From Corallochytrium limacisporum Hawaii (Eukaryota > Protista > Pluriformea): 64,000 bases of DNA. The notes under the pieces were generated by a model. It ran no database searches, had not been told where the DNA came from, and saw only the letters and a list, made by a program, of their open reading frames with translations. Below, piece after piece: positions 22,662-32,257 of this stretch. The position numbers and the translations under genes were made by a program. Location: assembly GCA_002811645.1 (NCBI GenBank), contig PDIP01000045.1, positions 147,827 through 211,826 of the forward strand, in the 5' to 3' direction. Every line of letters begins with the position of its first letter. Position 1 is the stretch's first letter.

Positions 22662-23252
22662 GTTTGTTGCTACTTAGTTTTATACCTGTGAGCCTTCTAG
22701 ATTTCCTTACATTGCGCTGTGAAATACCCACCTTTTGTGTGATTCGCAAATATGTTTAATTTGCTGCGGTCACAATGTCTATATTTGTCGGAGTACATGC
22801 TTCCAAATAGGCGATCACATAAAAGACGTAAAACAGAGACCATCACTATACACTTCATTTGCTCTGAACTCTCAGTCCTGTTCGGAATGTTTGAACATTC
22901 AGTCACTAATCCAGAACTTGCGTAACAAGCTAACAACAGGGGCACTACGGAGCTGCACCCATTTGCGCACCGAGTGCCACATGTCTCCCTCCCACCTCCC
23001 ATCGGGCTACCTAGCCACGGACCCTTCTCCCCTCTCCCCCCCCCCTCGGGGCGATGGCCCGGCGAGCACAGAATCGCTGCTGTTGCGTTTCTCTCCCGTC
23101 GACCGGGGGCTTGGGACTGCTGCGGGGGGAACATCGTTACTATTGAAGCTCAAGGTGCTGATGATGAAACGGCTAGAAAAGAGACAGAGAATCGAAGCGT
23201 CGTGCTCGTTTTCTTCGAGGCTTTACGTACGATAGATGTTTCCTGAAAAGAA

Positions 23253-24446
23253 ATGGTGCGTCAAGTGCTTGTAGCGTGCGACAGCTTTAAGGGCACGCTT
23301 ACAGCGGCGCAGGCCAACCACGCCATCGCGACGGGTCTCAAGGTAGCAGTGGGTAAACTGTTTGCAGATCTTCGCATTGACAGCGTAGCCTTGAGCGATG
23401 GAGGTGAGGGCTTCCTCTCTGCCTTGGCCTCCAGCTTGACCCTGCAGATCCAGGAGCTAGAGGTGTCACATCCAGTACAAGGAAAACGTGTCCGCAGTGT
23501 GTACGGTATTGGCCGAGATCAACTTACTGGGCAGCGGATAGCAGTACTTGAAATGGCACAATCTGCTGGCCTTGACCTTGTAGGTCCCAACGAACGTCAT
23601 CCGCTACAGCTCTCGACACAGGGTTTTGGAGAGACCATCAAGGCAGCCTGTGAGCAGATGACAGCATTCGAGGGAGGGGAGAGCTTGTTGCTGATCGGCA
23701 TCGGCGGGAGTGCAACGAATGATGCAGGTCTGGGTGCGCTGGGAGCATTAGGACTGCAGATATATGGCTCGAACGACAGTGTTCCACTTACAGGACCGAT
23801 CAAAGGAAAAGACCTGCTATCAATCTCACGCCTAGCGTTACCGAAGGCATCACCGAAGGGCCTGCTACCAGGAGTGCGGGTCCGCATCGCTTCGGACGTG
23901 ACCAATCCCTTCACAGGCCCCAAAGGAGCAGTGGCCGTCTTCAGTGAGCAGAAGGGTGCAACACCCCACGACAAGGAACTACTAGAGCAGGGAATGCAAA
24001 ACGTAGAGCCCATGCTCTCCGGTCTGCTGGGGAGGCCCTTGTCGAAGAAACCGGGAGGAGGGGCTGCAGGGGGTGTCGGAGGTGGCCTCATTAGTGCCCT
24101 CGAAAGCAGCCAATTACTTGCGGGTGCCCAATTGGTTTCCGAAGCGGTACATTTGGAAGAACGCATCCGAAAAAGCACCTTGGTGATCACCGGTGAAGGT
24201 CAGTACGACAGTCAGACCGCCGACGGCAAGATTTGTAGCCATGTTATGTCTTTATGCGAACGCCACAAGGTTCCTGTGATGATTGTCTGTGGCAATGCGC
24301 AGATACCTAACGATCAGACACACCAGGTACCTGTGCTGGCCATGACTTCACATTTCCCTTTAGAGGAATGTCTGAGTAAACCTGATCAAAGTCTGGAGCG
24401 CATGATAGCCAAGCAAGCAGATCTCCTCACAGAGATTCTGAATTAG
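23253..24446 (+). CDS. Class I glycerate kinase (GlxK/GarK family)
   Basis: DSFKGTL, SDGGEG, EMAQSAGL, IGIGGSATNDAG, SDVTNP, QKGA, GAAGG, ITGEGQYDSQTADGK. Confidence 0.93.
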   Translation: MVRQVLVACDSFKGTLTAAQANHAIATGLKVAVGKLFADLRIDSVALSDGGEGFLSALASSLTLQIQELEVSHPVQGKRVRSVYGIGRDQLTGQRIAVLEMAQSAGLDLVGPNERHPLQLSTQGFGETIKAACEQMTAFEGGESLLLIGIGGSATNDAGLGALGALGLQIYGSNDSVPLTGPIKGKDLLSISRLALPKASPKGLLPGVRVRIASDVTNPFTGPKGAVAVFSEQKGATPHDKELLEQGMQNVEPMLSGLLGRPLSKKPGGGAAGGVGGGLISALESSQLLAGAQLVSEAVHLEERIRKSTLVITGEGQYDSQTADGKICSHVMSLCERHKVPVMIVCGNAQIPNDQTHQVPVLAMTSHFPLEECLSKPDQSLERMIAKQADLLTEILN

Positions 24447-24502
24447 TATCATTAAAGAAGGTTTTATGTATTAGTATCTATTGTACAGTGATAATTGCTC
24501 CT

Positions 24503-25327
24503 TTAGTCCAACAGCCTCAAAATCGATCCACTGGGACCATCCTCACGCTCAACGCGCCCTAGGCCGATCAGGTCCGCGATCTGGTACACGACCGGGATCT
24601 CTACGCCTGTCACATAGCGCTGCATAAAATCCGACTCCTGCATTCGCCCAAAAGTTTTGCGTCTCAAGATCTTGGAGTATTCCTTTCTGCTCTTCGTTAG
24701 CTGGCGCATATAGCTGGCAGCGTTTGGTACGTTGAACCGGTAGACTTCGTGGCCAGCAGTGGCAATCAGGGCCATCCGCATCAGAGTCTTGATGTCCTCG
24801 TCGTCAAAAGCGAACCTTTCTATGAGCTCGGATTTGCTGACCCGAGGTCCGAGTACGGACGGACGTACTTCGCTCACAAACCGCCTTTGAACTTCCTCAG
24901 TCTCTGAATTAGGGCGATAAGCCTTATCCACCACCGCCCTGTAGTCCTGGGCGGTGAGTATAGCCTCGGTCGCGCCATCTAGTAGAGGCAGTTCAAAGAT
25001 GTGGATCTTTCCATTGGCGACCATGCTTTGAATTTCCCGATCAATGACAGTTCGATTCGGTTGCCGTGTATAAATCATGTGCCGCAGCACAAATGGAGGC
25101 ATAAAATGCTTCTTGACATGTGTGCGCATGAGCCTGCTGAAATGTTGAATGATCACAAGCGTGTCTTCCATTGAGGCTGCCTCAAGGAAATCGAGATCAT
25201 CAAGGCCGTCATCCTCATTATTCTTCTGTTGTTCCTTTGCCGATGTAGTAGTCGGACCCTGATCTCTCCTTGTTGCTTGTCCCGGGGTTCGTCGCCGGCG
25301 ACTATATACCCCGGTTGACCTCTTCAT
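24503..25327 (-). CDS. STK19: STK19-family winged-helix protein (transcription-coupled repair factor)
   Basis: PPFVLRHMIY..NRTVIDREI..GKIHIFEL, FDDEDIKTLMRMALI, NVPNAASY, DLIGLGRV, GSILRL. Confidence 0.8.
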   Translation of the reverse strand: MKRSTGVYSRRRRTPGQATRRDQGPTTTSAKEQQKNNEDDGLDDLDFLEAASMEDTLVIIQHFSRLMRTHVKKHFMPPFVLRHMIYTRQPNRTVIDREIQSMVANGKIHIFELPLLDGATEAILTAQDYRAVVDKAYRPNSETEEVQRRFVSEVRPSVLGPRVSKSELIERFAFDDEDIKTLMRMALIATAGHEVYRFNVPNAASYMRQLTKSRKEYSKILRRKTFGRMQESDFMQRYVTGVEIPVVYQIADLIGLGRVEREDGPSGSILRLLD

Positions 25328-27088
25328 TTGTCGAATTCTTTCTCATGCCTCAGTCCAATAGACAGCCTCGTGGACGAAACTGGTCACTTGCTGCTCCACT
25401 GTGATGCCACATCCTCTCACCAAACCATTGGCGGAACATCTTCGAATACCTTCACGTCCAAGTAATTATCACTCCTGCCGAGAAGATTCCGGAGGAAGAA
25501 ACCCCCTCGGTTACCAGCCCACCGCGAACCTGCCGCCAACGATCCGCTTTGCGCAGGATGAAGGTGCATCTCCTTCGATACTCCGGGCGGGATGGGTCGG
25601 GGCGCCAAACTTCATCTCTCCTTTGCGGGGTGGGTCCATCGGTCGGGTGGTTCACCACAATCAATAAAATAGTTAAGGGGCAGGGCACGGTTTTGTCTGC
25701 GCCCACCTCTCCTGTCTAAGGAACAAAATTGGACTCTCAAACTGATCGTGAGGGTTCCATCTAACCGTGTATCGAGAACGTCAGCTTTGCCTAATCTGAT
25801 AAAAAGGACCCCTTGCAGATGTGGGCACGCGACAGCGTGCTGTGTTGCGATCTCGCCATGTTACTGGCACATTGTTGATGCCGAAATTTGTCGCTAACGC
25901 GACAAACACAGGTCCCTCCAATTGGTCCCGCAATTGGATGCACACCCTCCCCGTCTGATGGGAGGACATACAATTCTTGGGCACAAGGCCCTAAAAGATC
26001 GGGGGCCACACAGAGTGTCTGTGCGCTTCTACAAAAATGAAAAAAAAAAGTAAAGCATAAAAAAGCATGACCGACCCTGGACCGGCGCAGACACGAGACC
26101 TGTCTTCATACCCTCTTTGTTCCATCGGGGCTAGGTTCCCCAAACAGCGACTCACGGCGTTCGGGTTTCAAACGTCTCACCCGCGGTGGCACACGCTCTT
26201 GTCACCAGCGCAGTCGTATTTCCTTCTCTCGTCTCCCATAGGTCATTGAACACACACGTTTGGGTGTCCTTGCCATTGGGGGGGGAGGGGGGGGGTTTAG
26301 AGAGAAGCTAGGGGTTGGAACCCAAGAAATTGAAGTGGGAGAATTTGAATTTTTTCTTCATCCTTTATTCTCACATACGAACACGTCACATGCCCTCCTC
26401 CTCCCCCCCCTCCCAACAGTTCCGTCAGTTGCGGCGGTGTCCACTCAGTTCTGCCCCATTACTGGAAGTGCTGGGGCAAAGTAGGATCCGCAGCTGAGTT
26501 CGGACTTCCATAGTAAATGTACCCAACAGAGGCGAAGGCGGCCCCATCGGGTCACTCGCGGTTGTGTACAACTTGTGTTATAGATACCTAATCCCGCGTC
26601 CCGTTTTTATCTGGAAGTGTAGCTATACTTCATATATTACTACTTTTTCATTATGTTCGGCACAACTATGTAACTTAAGGCCAAGTGATGAATGGAGGGA
26701 AGGGGAAAGAAGACGCAGACCGACAAGACACGCGTGACAGCGGGGAGCGGGAGAGGAAGCAGGCCTGACTTTTTCGTGGTGCCTACGAACGGAGAGTGTG
26801 ACGGAGCGGATGTTTACCGCCGACCTGCGCCCCTCCCCACTTCCCCCGATGCAGACATTGGCGACCCAGTTTGGCCCAGCCGCGACACACTCGGGAATTA
26901 AGTTGCTGACCGTGGTGGACCCTTTTCGATGGTCGAAACTTAGGGCGTCCTTGCGGTATCAGCTCGGTACGCGGACAAAACAAGTCACGTTGCGAAGGTA
27001 TTTTGTGTGCACGGGGTGTCTACTTCGGTATCTGTGACTGATTGTTTGAGAGTCTTTTTCTCGAGTGCGATTAACAAAAAGGGACAGA

Positions 27089-27481
27089 ATGGCAGAAAGC
27101 GGAAATGCGCAACCCAAGGTGGCTGGCCACCACGGCAAGCATGGATTTATTCAAGAGACGAAAGGTTCTAGTGACCGTGGTGAGTACATCTCTGCATTTG
27201 ACCAGCGTAAGCCTGAGCACTGGCGCAACACTTTCCAGAAGAACCTCTTGGCATCTCCGGTTGTGCCCCTCGGTGTCGGTCTGACCGTTGCATCAATGAT
27301 CGGGGCACTGTGGGCTTGGCAGGCTAAGCGTCCTTTGCTTACCAACTACTTCCAACGCGGCCGAGTAATTTTCCAGGGTTTGACTGTGGCGTCACTGGTA
27401 GCTGGTGTAGTCATCTCTGCTGATGGTACGCGCCGCGGCTTCCAGCGTGTCGAGCCCATCGGTGCAACCAAGCAGGAATGA
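27089..27481 (+). CDS. HIG1-domain mitochondrial protein (HIGD2A/Rcf1-like)
   Basis: PVVPLGVGLTVASM and QRGRVIFQGLTVASLVAG helices; first ATG at 27089. Confidence 0.88.
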   Translation: MAESGNAQPKVAGHHGKHGFIQETKGSSDRGEYISAFDQRKPEHWRNTFQKNLLASPVVPLGVGLTVASMIGALWAWQAKRPLLTNYFQRGRVIFQGLTVASLVAGVVISADGTRRGFQRVEPIGATKQE

Positions 27482-30292
27482 ACTTTATCTTCACAAAAAA
27501 AATGACTATTTGGACTTTCCTCATCAGTATTATAGTGAAGCATCCACGACCGACGGGAAACCCATACAGATCCTTCATAATTTTCATAAACATTACATAG
27601 TATTTATTTAGAGGCTTGCTCGTAATCTTTGACCGTTGCCGACAGTTACACGAGAGCGAGAATAAGTGTCGACTGTTGCCAGATTTGAATCTAGTTCTTG
27701 TTCTACATCTTCGCCACCTCGTCAACATCTTCAAATGACCTGAAGGCAATGAATTCTGCTCAAGATAGGCAGCGATACAACAGTCGCTTCGATGCTGGAG
27801 TATGCTAATCCGGGGAACGTACGTCCATGGACCCACCGATTTCTTTTTCGTTCTCAGGTGCCCAAATTAACTGGACCCTTCATCAATTGCTCCGCCAAAT
27901 AAAATAGGCCCCGGTTCCAATGTAGTTGTACCGCTGCAGGGGCACGATTCGTTGGTTTCATTGACGGGCCCGCTCTCCAATTTTGCAGCCGGTTCCGTTC
28001 GTGCACGGGACACGGGGAAGCGAGAATTTTCCATACTGAAACTATCGCGCCGTCACCGCGCCCGCGCACGCTCCTGAGCCCCGACGGTCCCCCCCCCCGA
28101 GGATTTCTCCTTTTTTTTTCCTGAAACGTGTCCAACGGTGGTTCCTCCTTTGTTTTTCCAATGCTTTCTCTATACTCAGAACACAGTGTGTGTGTGCCTG
28201 TTACAAAAAAAAATTACCTCTGGGAACGAAGAGTCTGTTTTCGTCACCCGCTCTGCTGGTGTCGAACGAGGAATTCCCGAACGAATCTGCAACAGTGGCC
28301 AAGGAGGACGCACTAAAAGGCGCGCAGCTTGCCTTGGTGCCTGCCGCCCCAAGCCTGGCTACATGGCCGCCTGGAGGTTCTATGAGCTTTTTCAGTGGAA
28401 ATCCACAAAAAAAAAAAAAAAGAAGAAGGGGGACAAAGTGGGACGCCTGAGGAGTGACGACGGACGTGCGGTTGAGAGCTATTATGGTCGAGACCAAAGG
28501 GGGGTTTGTCGTCGTCACACGCTGCCTGCGCTGTGTATGCGGCCCAAGACATTTTTTGCTCAGCAGGCCCACCGGGGGAAAGGGAACCGGCAGGCCAGTG
28601 ACGTGCTTTTTCTGAACTGCTGTGATTTGCAAGCGGAAGAGCGGGTCAGATTGGGACAAAGTGGGCGAAAGACTTTGTCTCCCGCTGTCTGCACCAGGCC
28701 CGCAAAAGGGGGGGAACCCGGTACAAATCTCTCGTGGCTCTACCATCCACCGCCACCTTGCATCAAACATCGACGCACACACCTTCTTGCCCTACTGCTA
28801 TCAGGATAAGCCTAGGGTGTCATGGATCTGCCGTTACGATGTTCATGTTTGAGAAGCAAGACATGTACAATGCGGATATGGCTGTGGGCAAATGATGATG
28901 AAGCCCTCTGCTGGAGATCCGTTTGTTGTCAAGATGTGGTCTAACCCAGGACGCCCGTCGAATGCGCAGCTCGCATTTGTCTCCGCTCCGTATCCACTGA
29001 GTGTCCCGGGTCGCCTGAATAGGTCATTAAATCAGATAGCTGTCAAGAATTCATAATAAACACATTGCATAATTCGTAGTACATGTCGCACTTGTCCCGG
29101 TCAGCGAGCGACAGGTACAGGCCTGCCCTGTTCTTCTTCTGAGCAGGGCCCGGCAGAACGGCTGGCGACAGAAATGGCCCGGGTTTGGGGTAAGGCAGAA
29201 GAAAGTAGCGACGGCTTCGTCGTGCGGTGAAAGAGCGGCGGCTGGGTGGTATCAAAAAAAAAGGGGGGGCTAGCGGCCCCCCCCCCATCCTTCCCGGGGC
29301 AAAATGGGACAGAGAGACGGGTCGGTAAGTGCAGGATGATGCCTTGTTTTGGTCAGCAAACGGAACAAAAAAAAAGCGAGAATTGAAGGAAAAAGGAAGG
29401 GGTGCAAAAAGAGGCGAAGGGAGGGGAAGGGCCCCTCTCTCTCTCTGCGGGGGGGGGACCCAGGGGAGAGTAGTGATGCGCCCCCCTATGCTCAGCGAAG
29501 CGCGAGGCAATCGCGGAGGCCCCCCCCGGGGGCTTGTGGTACACCGTAGACCTCCATTTCTTTTTTCGGGTACGGAGCGTTAGCGGGGAGAGTGAACCTT
29601 TACCAAAGAAAGCCACTGCGAAAAAAAGGCTAATCACTGACTATGTTTTGGGCTGGCTCTTTCCCTTTCTTTTTTTGTGGGGCGGTTCGAGGGTCCCGGG
29701 GGGGGGTACTGGCCCTCGACCAAGTTTTCGCGCTGATTCGCAAGCGGTGTGTGCGCTGGTTTTTTTACTTTTTTGTTGAGCGTTCCGGAAACGCTCTGCG
29801 CTTCATTCCCCGGGGGCGTTCATGAACTGTCGCCTGTGTTGTATGCGGAGCGGGGCGGCTCGAGAGCCGAGCAGGCTCCCCCCGGGGGGGTTCTCCCTGG
29901 GCCTCCGCCGGAACAAAAGGAAACGAAAGCGCCAAAGGAATGTTTCTTATAATCAACAGCTTGTTGCCGCCAACGGGCAAGAAAGACAAGACGGTGGATG
30001 GAATGATGGGCCCATGAAGTTTATTTTTTATTCCTTGTTTGGTTTGGAGTCACATGAGTAATCCTGTATTGTCGCTGGTACACACTTAACAAGAAAGGTG
30101 GAAGAGACGACACAGTCGTGTACTGTACGTTTTGAGATAAGTTAGTCATAAGCCTCCAGAGTGAAGCATAGGCTGTCGAACTGTGTCGGTAAGGGAAGAG
30201 TGCGACCGTTTAATCTATGCGAAAGTGATGGATCACTAACTGGAAAATAGACAATAGACAAAAACTTGTAATTGAGAGCAACCAACATAACC

Positions 30293-32098
30293 ATGGTGCT
30301 TGTACGCGCGTCGGGCGCCTTTGCATTACGCCGTCTCATGACGTCGTCACGTCCACTCGGTGCGGCTACGTTTGCTGCTCGTAAGCTAATCAATGGTCAA
30401 TGGACCGCGCAGGCAGCGGCCGTTCCCGCTTTTACTGTCTATGGATTGCGGACATTCCATGCCAGTGCGGTCGTATCGAAAGACGACGATGGCAACGGAA
30501 AAGACGGTGATGGTAAGAAGGGTTCTGCGCCATACTATTGTCCACGGTGTAAAGATGTGCCTTTGACAATTTTTGCGGGCTATGAAACTTTTCTACGTTG
30601 CGAGAAGTGCAACCACTTTTTTGACTTCTCCATGAAGACTGTCGAGAAGGACGTGTCCACGGGCAGTACTCCAGCCTTCGAGCAACTTAGTCTCCCTGCA
30701 CCGGAGGAAATCCGCCGCTACCTAGACAAGTATGTGATCGGCCAGGAACATGCCAAGGTTCTTCTCAGCGTTGCTGTGTACAACCACTACATTCGCGTGC
30801 AGAGCAACCTGGCCACCAAGAAGGAAGCAGAGAACAACCAGACGCCCCAAACGGGTGCTGCCCAGGTGGCTGCAACCATTGAAAAGGGAGGAAAGAAAAG
30901 TGAGCCTACGGATTTGACCAAATCTCCATACATTCTAAAGAATGTAGACGGAAAGATCCAGGTTTTCAAGAAGGGTGACGCTGATAAACTGCAACTGACA
31001 GACCTTGGCGTGGGACTGAATACTGAGCACGCAGCCAAGAAGCTTGACGAAGGGGAGCTGGACCATTTGCACATTCTTGATCGTAAGGGAAGAACTGGTG
31101 AGGTGAAGTTTGACAAAAGTAACATTTTGATGTTCGGGCCCACTGGTAGTGGCAAGACTCTGCTGGCCCAGACCTTGGCAAAGATGCTGGATGTACCATT
31201 TGCCATCTCCGACTGCACTACCCTGACCCAGGCCGGTTACGTAGGTGAAGACATTGAGAGCGTCATTTACCGTCTCTTGCAGGAGGCTGACTTCAATGTG
31301 GATAAGGCTCAGCGCGGTATTGTCTTCCTCGATGAAATAGACAAGGTTGGCAAGGCCACCGAGGGTGTAAACATTACCCGCGATGTGAGCGGTGAGGGTG
31401 TGCAGCAGGGGCTGCTGAAGATGCTGGAAGGCACCGTTGTGAATGTGCCGGAGAAAGGCGGGCGCAAGAATCCCCGAGGCGAATTCATTCAGGTAGACAC
31501 CTCGAATATTCTGTTTGTCGCGAGTGGTGCCTTCAACGGTCTGGAGACGCACGTCCAGCGCCGCACTGCTAAATCAAGCATGGGCTTTGGTAAACCTTTG
31601 AAACCGAATGAGCAAGCTGTGCAAACCGACCAGCTTCTAGAACAGGTCGAACCTGAGGATCTGGTACGTTTTGGTATGATCCCCGAGCTAATTGGTCGTC
31701 TGCCTGTGACTGTAGCTCTGAGGCAGCTCCGTGAGGAAGATCTTGTACGTGTCCTCATCGAGCCCGTTGATGCCATTGTCACACAGTTCCAGGAACTTTT
31801 CCACAAGTATGGCAAGGATTTGATATTCTCTCGGGGTGCTCTCCACGCGGTGGCTGAGATGGCTTTGAAAAAGAAGACTGGTGCCCGTGGTCTGCGCAGC
31901 ATTTTGGAGCGTGCTCTGACTACCTCCATGTTTGAAAGTCCCAGCATGAGCAAGATCCACACTGTCGTGGTGACCCGCCACGTTATCGAGGACGGTGGTG
32001 AGCCCATCTACTACGAAGGCCGTATTGCTGGTCACGAAGACACTGCCAAGGAAAGCCAGGAGGAGAACCAGCAGCAGCAAGTAGCTGCGTCTGCCTAG
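30293..32098 (+). CDS. CLPX: Mitochondrial ClpX AAA+ unfoldase
   Basis: Presequence; C4 zinc finger CPRC..CEKC; [53 protein letters not shown]. Confidence 0.96.
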   Translation: MVLVRASGAFALRRLMTSSRPLGAATFAARKLINGQWTAQAAAVPAFTVYGLRTFHASAVVSKDDDGNGKDGDGKKGSAPYYCPRCKDVPLTIFAGYETFLRCEKCNHFFDFSMKTVEKDVSTGSTPAFEQLSLPAPEEIRRYLDKYVIGQEHAKVLLSVAVYNHYIRVQSNLATKKEAENNQTPQTGAAQVAATIEKGGKKSEPTDLTKSPYILKNVDGKIQVFKKGDADKLQLTDLGVGLNTEHAAKKLDEGELDHLHILDRKGRTGEVKFDKSNILMFGPTGSGKTLLAQTLAKMLDVPFAISDCTTLTQAGYVGEDIESVIYRLLQEADFNVDKAQRGIVFLDEIDKVGKATEGVNITRDVSGEGVQQGLLKMLEGTVVNVPEKGGRKNPRGEFIQVDTSNILFVASGAFNGLETHVQRRTAKSSMGFGKPLKPNEQAVQTDQLLEQVEPEDLVRFGMIPELIGRLPVTVALRQLREEDLVRVLIEPVDAIVTQFQELFHKYGKDLIFSRGALHAVAEMALKKKTGARGLRSILERALTTSMFESPSMSKIHTVVVTRHVIEDGGEPIYYEGRIAGHEDTAKESQEENQQQQVAASA

Positions 32099-32257
32099 CA
32101 AAGAGGAAACCAGCATACCATACTCAAACCATATTCAAAAATTCTTTCGTTTCAAATACCTTGCAAAGACATAGAAATCGGACATCATAATTAAACTAAA
32201 GTCAAGAGCTTTATACATTGTATGATCATATTTCACTTATGTACTATGTTTCTGTAA

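Noticed and set aside
28128-29989. Multiple 60-223 aa ORFs between HIG1 and CLPX
   Set aside because: Driven by GC-rich and homopolymer sequence, overlap in all frames, no recognisable motifs
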